Shown piece after piece: positions 51,066 to 64,000 of a stretch of DNA of 64,000 bases. A model generated the notes under the pieces. That model saw only the letters and a program-made list of their open reading frames with translations. It did not search any database and was not told where the DNA came from. The stretch comes from Octopus vulgaris (Eukaryota), in the NCBI GenBank assembly GCA_951406725.2, contig OX597818.1:129332001-129396000 (forward strand), given 5' to 3'. The position numbers and the translations under genes are program-made. How positions within the stretch are numbered: the first letter of the stretch is position 1; each line of letters opens with the position of its first letter.

Positions 51066-51870
51066 TGCTCCTTCCACCACCACTGCTGCTTCCACCACCA
51101 CTGCTGCTTCCACCACCACTGCTGCTTCCACCACCACTGCTGCTTCCACCACTACTGCTGTTTCAACCACCACTGCTGCTTCCACCACTACTGCTGTTTC
51201 AACCACCACTGCTGCTTCCACCACTATTGCTGCTTCCACCACCACTGCTGCTTCCACCACCACTGGCTTCCACCACTGTTGCTGCTTCCACTGCAACTGC
51301 AGCTTCCACCACCACTGGCTTCCACCACTATTGCTGCTTCCACTACCACTGCTGCTTCCACCACCACTGCTGCTTCCACCACCACTGCTGCTTCCACCAC
51401 TATTGCTGCTTCCACTACCACTGCTGCTTCCACCACTATTGCTACTTCCACCACTGCTGCTTCCACCACCACTGCTGCTTCCACCACTATTGCTGCTTCC
51501 ACTACCACTGCTGCTTCCACTACCACTGCTGCTTCCACCACTATTGCTGCTTTCACCACCACTGCTACTTCCACTACCACTGCTACTTCCACTACCACTG
51601 CTGCTTCCACCACTATTGCTACTTCCACCACTGCTGCTTCCACCACCACTGCTGCTTCCACCACTATTGCTGCTTTCACCACCACTGCTGCTTCCACCAC
51701 TATTGCTACTTCCACTACCACTGCTACTTCCACCACCACTGCTGCTTCCACCACCACTGCTACTTCCACCACCACTGCTGCTTCCACCACCACTGCTGCT
51801 TCCACTACCACTGCTGCTTCCACCACTATTGCTGCTTTCCCCACCACTGCTGCTTCCACCACCACTGTTG
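51066..51870. repeat. 18-bp (some 15-bp) minisatellite ccaccactgctgcttcca, about 45 units
   Basis: Directly visible; it produces long ORFs in several frames on both strands. Confidence 0.95.
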
Positions 51871-53378
51871 CCCACTGCCACCACCACCACCACCACCTGA
51901 AAGCCTACTGATATCCCATTTTGAGCAGTTACATTTGTTGTCATCAGTCCTCTTCTTTTCCTTTTCCAACTGCAGACCATTGTTGGGTGTGGAAGCTGTT
52001 TTATAGCCAGTCATCACCATCATTCTCATCATCAGCTAATTTTTACTTATCCTTGGGGGTTTTTATTATTTTTTTTTTTGCCAGTGGTGCATGAGAATAA
52101 GAGGGAGGGGGTAGATTGGGTAAGAGTTGTCGGGTGTAGGGTAGAGGGAAAGGTAGAACAAGGTAGAAGCATGTGTATGTGAAATCGTGTAAGTATAAGT
52201 GTACAAGAAATTTTATAATTGTCATCATTGTTGTCACCATCATTACTATCAATGTAATGATGATGATAATGATGATGATCATCATCATCCTTTTCATCAC
52301 TCAATATCAACATCTGCTGCTTCCTCCTCTTCTTCCTCATCATCTTTATCATCTTTCTCCTTGTTTTCGTTGTCATCGTCATAATTCTCATCGTCGCTTT
52401 CAACACCAACATCATCGTCATGAACATCATTGATCATCATCAGCAGATATCAACTTTGAAGCAGAGGCGGCAGTGGTGGTTGGGGGAGGATGTGGCAGGT
52501 CAGAAACAAGGAGTAGGAGGAGTGAGTGGTGGTGGTGGCAGTACTGGGGACAGTGGCATTATGGGTGAGAGGAGCATCATGGAGTGGTAATGGGATGGGC
52601 AAATTGAGGGTAAATATAGAGGAAGTAGGGGTGAGAAAGTGGGAAATGATAATGTAAATTGTGTGATGATGAGGTTAACAGAGGGGGCATGGGAAGAGGA
52701 TAGGTAAAATGTGTACATAAGGATAATGGCGATGACGATGTTGGGGATAGTGATGCTAATGGTGATAATGGCAATGATGATAATAATGATGAGGGTGGTA
52801 GTGGTGGTGGTGATGACAATGATGACGATGATGATGATGATGATGATGATGGTGAGGACAATTGGTGATGATGATGATAATGATGACAATGATGATAACG
52901 ACGATAATGATCATAATGATGATGGTGGCAGTTGTGATGGTGATGGTAATGCTGATGATGGAGATGATGTTGGTAGTGATGATGATGATGATCGTTATGG
53001 CTGGCTGTGGTGGTGGTTATGCTGACGATGATGATGATGTTGACAATGGTTGTGGTATTGATGATGATGGTAATGATGATGATGGTAATGATGATGATGA
53101 TAATGATTGGGGCGTGGAGTGATGATGATGATGGTGGTAGTGATGATGTTGATAATGATGATAAAGATGACCATGTTCGTAAAGATGTGATTGATAATGA
53201 TGACACTGTTGATGATGTTGATGCACCATTCCCTACTTACAAATTAACAATGAAGGTAAGGGAAAGGTTACATGTATGTGTATGTATGTATGTGTATCAG
53301 TAAGTTTATATGTATACAAACACACACACACACACACACATATATATTCATTCACAGCTAGTTCACATATACACATGC

Positions 53379-53411
<33 letters not shown>

Positions 53412-53463
53412 AAGAGGGTGAGAGAGCTGGCTCATTGTGTGTATGTGTGTGTATATATATATA

Positions 53464-53539
<76 letters not shown>

Positions 53540-53570
53540 ATATATATATGTATAAATATATATATGTATG

Positions 53571-53670
<100 letters not shown>

Positions 53671-53768
53671 TGCATAAATATATACATACATATATCTGTG
53701 TCTGTATCCCTGTGTTTATATGAGCCAGCTGTGCATGTGTATGTGTATGTATTATGTATGTACGTATG

Positions 53769-53805
<37 letters not shown>

Positions 53806-54305
53806 GTATGTGTGTATCTACATACGTATGTATGTATATATGTATGTTCATATGCACGTGTATATGTGAGCATAAGTATACTTGATTGTAAGTAAATGAA
53901 AGTGAGTGCACGCATGCGTACATGCATGCATGCGTACGTGCATGTGGTCATTTGTCTAAAATGTGTGTAAATACAAAATCCAAAAGAAAAGAAGTAGGAA
54001 AAAGGGGTGGATAGGTGGGTAGGTAGATACGAAAGAAGGTGGTAAGTGGGTTGATCGGTGGGTAAGTGGGTAGGTGGACTGTGATAGTGGGTGGTGAGCA
54101 GTGAGTGGCAGACATGCAGAATACATGCTATATACCACCACAGTGCAACCGTTGCCCACAAACCCCTGCATCTAGGAAACCCCTGTGAGATTACAGAAAT
54201 AATTAACAATAGAATGAGGAAGCAAGGGTGAGAATAAGAGCAAGGCTAAAGGGAAAAGGGTCCAGAAAATTCTGTCAGAGATTTCAATTGTTATGGGTGT
54301 CTCTT

Positions 54306-54347
<42 letters not shown>

Positions 54348-55262
54348 CATTTATCTCTTGCTTTCTCTTCTTCGCTGTCCCCTTTTTTTCCTCAGTCTGC
54401 CAAGAAAGGGAGCCCTCCACTCACATTCTCTTTTCCATATTCCTTGTTAAGCAAAACAAACACAAGTGTGTCTGCATGCATCTATGTGCATTTGTGCATG
54501 CATTTGTGCATGCATTTGTGCATGCATGTGCTGGTGCGTATGCACATTCTTTTTTGTTCTTACTTGTTTTCTATTTTTACTCGTTTCAGTCATTTTGAAT
54601 GTGGCCATACTGGAGCACTGTCTTTATCTACGTAGGTGTGAGCGTGTGTGTATTTATTTGTGCTTCTATGTCTATTCTTATATGTATGTGCGATTTTATA
54701 TACAATTGCAAAGTGGGGAAGATGCCATGTACATGCATATAATAGGAACTACGACACTACACGACCATACTGTAGCACTGTCGCCACACACCCAAATGCT
54801 ACATTGTCTTGTAAAATGTTCTGTGGCATTTCTTTTGGCTTTTTACAATCTGATTTCAAATTCCATCGAGGCTGACTTTGCCCTTCTTTCTTTCGGGGGT
54901 TGATAAATTAAGTATCTGTCAAGCACTGGCATTGATGTAATCCCCCAAATTTCAGGCCTTGCGCTTATAGTAGAAAGGATTATTATTATTATTATTATAA
55001 TGCTATCCATCCACTGAGCCATAACATCACAATATTACCAAGTAACCATGTTAAGAACCATTCTACCAAATTACAATGCCTTCATACTACAATACCACCA
55101 CCAACAGTACAATCACCACCACCATCACCATCATCACCACTGTTGCTACCATCACCAGCACCACAATCACCAGCAGTAGCAGCAGCAGCACCACTACCAC
55201 CACCGCCAACAGTACAATCATCAACACCATCACCACCGTTGCTACCATCACCAGCACCACTT

Positions 55263-55293
<31 letters not shown>

Positions 55294-55309
55294 CGCACTG
55301 CCGCCGCCT

Positions 55310-55817
55310 TCTTCTTCTTCTTCTTCTTCTCCTTCTTCTTCTTCCAATCAGGACTCACGCCATTAGCCACAAAGAATAATTTCTAATTCGAGCCTACTCT
55401 AAGCTACTAAGAATGTGTGTGGCAACTTGAAGGTCCACCCACCACACGCGATGGACTGGCGGTTGCATGGGCATGAAAGCTATGTTGTTATCCTCATTCC
55501 GTAAACAGTGGCTTTTAACGGGTGGAGAGCTGAACCATCCTGGAGTACAGAGGATTCGCAATCTAGACTAGAGTCTGAAAGTTTTACCACACCATAGTGG
55601 GTTACACCATGGTTCCTTTGCTTTGTGGCAGAAGTAGGAAGAAAGAGTGAGAGAAAGTTGGGGTGAAAGAGTACAGCGGGTTTCACCCCGGCCGGAGCCT
55701 TGTGGTGCTTAGGTGCTTTTGCTCAATAAACTCTCACAATGCCTGGTCTGGGAATCGAAACTGCATTCTTACGAATGCGAATCCGCTGCCCTAACCACTG
55801 GGCCATTGCGCCTCCAC
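55310..55817 (-). mobile_element. tRNA-derived SINE with an alternative long 3' tail ending in (GAA)n
   Basis: Head and body match 49954-50145; downstream sequence is unrelated; 3' boundary inferred. Confidence 0.7.
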
Positions 55818-56041
55818 AGTGGTTGTTGCATTAAGTGCGCTGCCACCCCAATACCACCAAATTTCATACAAGGGTATAACAAAAGTTTTCCATTAAGATT
55901 TGTGGTTAAATTAATGAGTAAGGTTAATATACATAATGAATTTGCCATTTTTGATGGGTGTGCAATGCACACCTAGCATGAAATGTGGCTCAGGCAGGCT
56001 GCACTACTAGAAGAATTCAAGGCAATTTTTTTTTTATTTAA

Positions 56042-56262
56042 CCCTTTAGCGTTTAAACTAGCCATATCTTTACCAAATAGTTTACCTTTTTTTTGTTCAA
56101 ATCAGCCAGATCCTACCTCTCATACTTATCCTACAATGTTATTCTAGAAATAAGCAAATCCCACCATTGAAATCTTGAAGCACCAAAATAATGCAAGTTT
56201 AATTCAAAACAATGTCAGTAAATAAGTATTATATTTGATAGAGAAATCTGAATGCTAAAGGG
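56042..56262. mobile_element. piggyBac-type MITE
   Basis: TTAA|ccctttagcgttt...gaatgctaaaggg|TTAA. Confidence 0.85.
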
Positions 56263-56320
56263 TTAAGTGTACCATTCAGAAAGTCTTGGGAACTACAGTT
56301 TGCTCATGATTGTTCTCCAC

Positions 56321-56882
56321 CAGTAGTTTTCAACCAGAGTCCATTCGATCCTTGGGGGTCCTTATAAAAGTTCGTTGTTAAAATTTATCTTCAATAAGTT
56401 GGCTATATTTCTGCAAAACACAAAATATTTTAGTAATAATTTTTTTATAATTCCTATTAATATCTGGCACTCCATTGGTTATAACAATAAGGGTTTTAAT
56501 TGATCTGATCAACAGAACAGCCTGCTCATGAAATTAACATGCAAGTGGCTGAGTACTCCATAAACACTTGTACCCTTAATGTAAGTTCTCAGGGAGATTC
56601 AGTGTGACAAGGCTGGTCCTTTAGAATACAGGTACTACTCATTTTTGGTAGCTGAGTGGACTGAAGCAATGTGAAATAAAGTGTCTTGCTCAACGACACA
56701 ATGTGTCACCAGGAATTGAACTCACAACCTTATGATTATTAACTGAATACCTTAACCACTAAGCCACGTGCCTTCACAATAATATCTAATTATACAAATT
56801 AGATATAATGGCATTGAGGGCCCACCTGAGCAAGATAGGGATCAAAGCACTTCATAGGTAATAAAATGGCTGTGAAACATTG
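56321..56882. mobile_element. hAT (Charlie-like) MITE containing a nested SINE
   Basis: Left TIR cagtagttttcaacc; degenerate right TIR ggctgtgaaacattg; 8-bp TSD ttctccac / ttctacac. Confidence 0.7.
56466..56778 (-). mobile_element. tRNA-derived SINE nested in the hAT MITE
   Basis: TSD taatatct on both sides; homologous to 46307-47092. Confidence 0.8.
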
Positions 56883-57088
56883 TTCTACACAATCTCTTGA
56901 CCCGTTAGAGAAGTTAAATTCTCTAGTCTTACAATAAAGAATGTATTGGATGACATAGTAGTGTCTGGATTTCATGAATTGCTGGGGACCTGTCACAGCT
57001 GAAATAAAGGACTTCATGGGTCTGCTTGATTGGGATTGAGCTGGGACTAAACAGCAACAGTTGCAGAGGTCTCTTCTCCTTCGAGGTA

Positions 57089-57409
57089 TCATCCAGTCAG
57101 GCTGATTACCTGGGCCAACCTGACTTCCTCTCTCCATCTTGTCCGATCTTCCATTAATGTTTTTAGGTATTCAACTTGGCATCCAGCATCTTCTGTAAGC
57201 TGTTGTATATACATCTTCTGTGGTCTTCCAACCGCTGTGGTACCATAATTTGGTTTCCACAACAGCACATTGTTCACAAGTTCTTCTTCCCTTCTCCAGC
57301 AGTGGGCAGCAAACCTCACTCTACGCTCTTGTGTGATTGATGAGAGAGTTGGTACATTCCCATATAACCGTTGTTTTGTAGGGTGCTCCCCACAAGTGAT
57401 GTTGAGCAC
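57089..57409 (-). pseudogene. LINE ORF2 C-terminal fragment (RTE-group-like)
   Basis: LNITCGEHPTKQRLYG..ERRVRFAAHCWR..VLLWKP..GRPQKMY..MEDRTRWR. Confidence 0.8.
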
Positions 57410-58612
57410 TGCTCAACATTGTTGCAGTGGTAATGGTGATGATGATGATGATAACAAGAACAGCAACGATAGTTTAGAAGCTGATGGTGAGGTGGGATGG
57501 GCTTTTTCAGTTTCCATCTGCCAAATTCACTCACAAGGCTTTGGCCAGCCTGAGGCTATAGCAGAAGACACTTGCTCAAGATACGTGGACAGTTTGGGAC
57601 CAGAACTCGTCTGAACCATGTGGTTGGGAAAAAGCACCGACTACTTGGAGTGGTTGGTATTAGGAAGGGCATCCAGCCAAGGGGCTAACATTGCCAGATC
57701 AGACTGGGCAAACAAGGACAAAGAGATTAAGTCTTCCCAGACCCCAGTGAACGTCCAACCCATGGTAGCATGGAATTTATCGGACACTAAACGATGATGA
57801 TGATGAAAGTCAACCTCACAAGGTGGAATTTGAACTCAGAACGCAACGGCTATAGACAGAAATACTTGCTCACGATTTCGCATCGCAGTGTGCTAACGAT
57901 TCTGCCAGCTTGCCGCCTTCTAACCACACAGCCATGCCTGTGCCTGCACTATAACAACCAATGCAACCATATGTCACCAATACTCACAACAGCACCACTG
58001 CTCTGACAAGCCACCAATCTAACTATACTACAGCACTGACTACACCTCTACCCCCACAGTCCTACGTCACCACCATGCTACAACAACTAATGTCCCACCA
58101 TGACAGCACATCACTCTGTATCACAGTCCTGTACTACTTTGACCTGGGTTGGATGTCCCAACAAGCCAGGCTTGTTTGGCTGAGGCTGGTCTGTGCTGTT
58201 CCGAGTTGAACAGAACTGAGTTTGGTTGGGGAAGATATGTGAAAAATGAAATGAAAGTCTGATAAGGGAAAGTAGATGCCAGATCAATTCACAGCTAATA
58301 TTGACAGTATGTAAGGAGGGTAGCACTGAACATGTGAGAAGACCCTGATAGAGAAGTTAGATAGACAGATAGATTGACAGGGAGAGATAGGGAGATAGAG
58401 TAAGAGGGAGGGGAAGAAAATGGGAAGCAGGTTATATTTTTAGCACAGTTTGGTTTTTTTATTTTTCATGTTTGATATTTTAATCCTTTTTGGTTTCTTA
58501 CCATTTTTATCTTTCTTTGACGCAATTTTTATTGTTTTTCCTGTTCATTATTGCATTTCATTCTTCAATTTTCTCCAGTTGTTATTTTTCCCTCTTATTT
58601 TAAATTTGTCTG

Positions 58613-58677
<65 letters not shown>

Positions 58678-59081
58678 ATGTGTTTATCTATATGTGAGTA
58701 TCCGGGTGTGTGTGCACAGACACACATACACTCACACATACACATATATTTATATATATATATATATTTATATACACACATATATATAAATATATATTTA
58801 TATGTTCATATATATGTATAGTTGTATGTATATATATAGATATATGTATCTGCACATGTGTATATATGCAGATATACATGTATATATGTATGTGTTTATA
58901 AACAATTATATATATATATATATATATATATATGCATGTTTTATGTATACATATATATAAAATGTGTTTGTGTATATATATACACACACACATATATATA
59001 TAAAATTCATATATGAATAATTAAAAAATAAATGATATATATATATATATACACATATACATATTCATGTGTGTATGTATG

Positions 59082-59133
<52 letters not shown>

Positions 59134-59254
59134 TGCGTGTATATATATGTGTGTCTTTCTCATATTTTTTCTTTCTTTTGTTCCATTTTATATCCAGTTA
59201 CATCTCAGCTGTTTTATACACAATATAAACATAGACTTAAGCTCTGCACCATCA

Positions 59255-59297
<43 letters not shown>

Positions 59298-59674
59298 TTA
59301 TACATGCACATATTTACATGCACTGATTAATGGTTATAAACGCATGCACATATAAATTTATGCATAAACACAGACTTATGTATGTCAATACTCATAAAAA
59401 AAAAAATCACACATGCATACACATTGATATAGAAGATAGCAATTTACTCCTCCACCTCCTCACTCTATCTATGACATGCTATGCCCCGATTGTAGGTAGT
59501 GGGGATGGAGGGATACTGTTTATGCATCATGTCGGATAGCAGATGTGGTTATCACTATTGACTTGTATCTTGTATATCATCTTACAACAGCAAAAACAAA
59601 AACAAAAAAAAAAAAGAAAGAAAGTAAAAAAAGAAAGAAAACAAAAGGAAATGAGAAGGATGCTGCTGCAGATG

Positions 59675-59837
<163 letters not shown>

Positions 59838-60009
59838 TAATAATAGTGATGATAATAATAATAATGATAATGACAACAAATACAACATCATCATCCTTTA
59901 GCATCCTGGTCGGACAGAAGCTGGTCAGTTGGAGAGCTGTCCAGACTCCTCCATGTCTGTTTTGGCATGATTTCTACAGTTGAATGCCCTTCCTAATGCC
60001 AACCACTTT

Positions 60010-60080
<71 letters not shown>

Positions 60081-60108
60081 AATAATGATGATGATAATAA
60101 TAATAATA

Positions 60109-60152
<44 letters not shown>

Positions 60153-60159
60153 AATCCTT

Positions 60160-60370
60160 TCAACTGAAGGTACAAGGCCTGAAATTTTGAGGGAGGGGCC
60201 TTGTCGATTACATCGGTCCCAGTGTTGTTTCACGGGTACTTAATATATTGACCCCGAAAGGATGAAAGACAAAATTTAACTTGGTGGAATTTGATCACAG
60301 AATGTAAAGATGGACAAAATCCTGCTTAGTATTTCGCCTGGCATGCTAACAATTCTACCAGCTTTCCGCC
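60160..60370 (-). mobile_element. SINE, Meta-domain type
   Basis: Reverse complement of the 48443 family. Confidence 0.8.
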
Positions 60371-60371
60371 A

Positions 60372-60422
<51 letters not shown>

Positions 60423-60537
60423 TAAAAATAATAATAATAATAATGTGTAAAGTACTATCTGTTTATGGCCCTTGTTAAATCCACAACATCACAAGTTTGT
60501 GTTCTGTGTGACATCTTCAATAATGATGACAATAATA

Positions 60538-60741
60538 ATGGGCTACTCGAAGAAAGTTCTAACTGGGCCCCATCTGCAAGTTCATGCACTGTTTATCTTG
60601 ATATGAGATCATGTCACACATATATGGTTATGATGCATGTGCCTGGTGTATCCTTATTAGACAGGTAGTCATGGTGGGTAGATTGGGCTTCGTATATTTG
60701 TACCCCAGTGTCACTAGATGGCATGCACTACTTTCTCACTC
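60538..60741 (+). mobile_element. Truncated copy of the 28250-28797 element
   Basis: Sequence homology; ends in (TAA)n. Confidence 0.7.
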
Positions 60742-60788
<47 letters not shown>

Positions 60789-60793
60789 TGGTG

Positions 60794-61247
<454 letters not shown>

Positions 61248-61270
61248 TAATAATAATAATAATGATAATA

Positions 61271-61302
<32 letters not shown>

Positions 61303-62206
61303 GATGATGATGATGATGATGATAATAATAATAATAATAATAAAGTTAAGTTTGTCTCTTAGGGACAGCAAGGATTATCAGGAGGGTTCTAAACACTTGA
61401 AAACTGAAAAATTGTGGATACATAAGTTTACAGGTAGTAACCTGCTTTCAACATAATTCCTACCAGGAATAAATCCGAACCTGGGCCAAACTAAAATAAT
61501 AATAATAATAATAATAGACAATTGGAAGGGTGTGGTATGTAATAATACACAGGTTTGACATTGTTTATTGAAGTGAAGAATATTTCAGCAGTATATCCCT
61601 GTTCTTCAAATTTAAAAAAATGAGACTTGTATAATGAAACAAATGAGATACATACAGAAATGCAGACATGCAAAGATTTCAATTGGATTATTCTTAGATT
61701 ATTCCTTCTTAGACAAAAATAAAAAAAAATATCAAGTTTTGTTTGTTTGTAAATGATTAAACCAAGAAACAAAAAAAAACAAAACAAAAAATAAATAAAA
61801 AAGAGAATGTTAACCACAGCAACAACATCAGTAATAATAGCAATGTTAGCAGCAACTGATCGTTGGGATTCTTTTGGATTGGCTCAGTAGGGGAGATATA
61901 AGGATTTCTTACATTGGTGCAAAGCTATAAATCTATAAAAGACTATTGAAAAGGTTGCAAGATGCAAAAAAAAATTAGGAAAATAAAAATAAGAAATAAG
62001 TGGAAATTTTACCAGTGAGTGTGTTAAATTATAAGGCACAAAAAGAAAATTACTCTCCCCAGACACAACAGACTATAAAAGAAAAAAAACACAAGAAGGA
62101 ACAGCACTCATTGATCCCTGTGAAACTGTAAATAGGTCACGTGGGGGGATGTAGCCCACTGTGACAGTGGAAAATTGGTAAAGATGTTAGTGTGTATCTT
62201 TCCTTC

Positions 62207-62432
62207 TTTTATCTTTTACTTGTTTTAGTCATTAGACTGTGGCCATGCTGGGGCACTGCTTTGAACAATTTTAGTTGACTGCATCAACCCCAGTACTTAT
62301 TAAAAAAAATACTGGTACTTACTCTATCACTTTTTTTGTTGAATTGTTAAGTTCCGGAGATGTAAACACACCAACACCAGTTGAAAAACAGTAGGGGTAG
62401 GAGCACAAACATAGTCACAAAGACATACACAC

Positions 62433-62475
<43 letters not shown>

Positions 62476-62670
62476 GAGAATGGAGAATATATATATATAT
62501 ATATATATGATGAGCTTCTTTCAGTTTCCATCTTCCCAATCCATTTAAAAGGCTTTGGTCAGCCTGAGGCTGTAATGGAAGACACTTGCCCAAGGTGTCA
62601 TCCTGAGGGACTGAACTCAGAACCATGTGGTTGGGAAGCAAGCTTCTTACCACACAGCTACACCTGCACC
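62207..62670 (-). mobile_element. SINE (32103 family), older copy
   Basis: Head ggtgcaggtgtagctgtgtggtaagaagc on the minus strand; tail ccagcatggccacagtc. Confidence 0.8.
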
Positions 62671-64000
62671 TACAAAATTTTTCACATTATTTGTTCTATT
62701 TGACCTGATTCTCAGCAGATAGAGTTCAAATTGGTGTTTCTTGCTTTCTGGTTTGTGGAGTTGGGGGGTAATAAAAAATAGAAGTACCATTACTGAGCAG
62801 TGGACTAGCAGAACTGTCAAGGGGTCAGACAAGATGCTTGGCAGTGTCTGTTCTAGCTTTCTGTGTTCGGACATTAATGCCTGCATCAACACTTGTACAA
62901 AGTTGCAGTGGCCCCAGTCAGTGGCCTTTCCTTTGGATAAACAATGTTGATATGAGGGACAAAAGATTCGTATGCATGGGGAACTGCTTGTCTCCTACAC
63001 AAAATCTTACTCAAGCCTGACCAAACATGCAAATGCATGATCAACATTTGACCAACAAGGGCCGCACAAATCACTACTGTATGCAATGAATACTTTATAT
63101 ACTGTTTTGTAAAATGGCAAGTGTTTCATTAACTTACAATGTTGCATTTCAAAACCTATGACAGCTACAATGTCGACCCTTTAAATATGAGTGTTGTCAA
63201 TAAATGATTTGTCAAAACTCAGCTAAGAGATGGAAGTTGTCAAAATGTGATTATAATTCTCCTATTATTTGAAAATAACATAAAAATTAAATTTTAAAGA
63301 ATTAATTTTGTTTGTTATTTTTGTGGCCAGAGTGATGTGCACAAACATTAATTAGCATATAGAAAGGGTTAAAGACGAATGGTCTATGCTATGGTGATTT
63401 GTCTCGCGGATATTACATAAAATGGAGTTTTTAAGAGATGGCTCTCATAATAATGAGTTATGGCGCTCACATATAAATACAAATGACAAATGACAATTAT
63501 GTGTTTGGAAGATTCTAGAAACCATAAACATTTCTCAAGATGTCCTTCATTAGATTATCCATGAAATATACTTGGTAGTATGACATTCTGGCAAAGTTTT
63601 TGTGCTAGTAATGACATACAACAAAAGACCCACATTATTCATTCAGTTAATAATTCATATAACTATATATATATATATATATATATACATGCATGCTTAC
63701 ATATGTATCTATGCGTGTATATCATATATGTATATGTGTATGTATGTATGTACACACACACACATAGATTTACATATACATGCATACACACACATATATA
63801 TATATATGTGTGTGTATGTGTATATACCATATATATATATATTTATTATATAAGATGTATGCTAACATACACTACACATCTACATATACATCTATCTATC
63901 TATATTTATATATATATATATCTACAAACACACACATATACACAAACTTATATATTTAAACACACACACATATATACACACACACACACACACATATATA

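Noticed and set aside
51013-52006. Mucin-like or Cys/His-rich protein gene
   Set aside because: Long ORFs occur in several frames on both strands of a minisatellite, with no signal peptide, unique domain or convincing splice context.
63177-63372. Second piggyBac-type MITE
   Set aside because: The right end aaagggTTAA fits, but the left TIR and TSD are too degenerate to call.

Overview
AT-rich, microsatellite-saturated animal DNA. The SINE repertoire and repeat content point to an octopus or other coleoid cephalopod (inference). I cannot support any host protein-coding exon, rRNA, tRNA gene or CRISPR array, and most ORFs in the track are translated microsatellites. The window is a nested transposon landscape. 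It holds a decayed Ty3/gypsy LTR element (891-6259) that split a SINE and was itself split by a composite Helitron, and a young 5'-truncated RTE-type LINE (11062-14173) with a PHD finger inside its RT and a 63-bp VNTR in its 3' UTR. It also holds R4/Dong-like fragments sitting in (TAA)n tracts, Tc1 and mariner relics, piggyBac- and hAT-type MITEs, a second Helitron and modular tRNA-derived SINEs. Three signals stand out. (1) Several unrelated short elements carry minimal type-I hammerhead-ribozyme motifs, three of them as outward-facing inverted pairs (Penelope pLTR/retrozyme-like). (2) One SINE has a 163-bp target-site duplication. (3) Two retroposon 5' junctions carry copies of DNA from 1.4-1.7 kb away.
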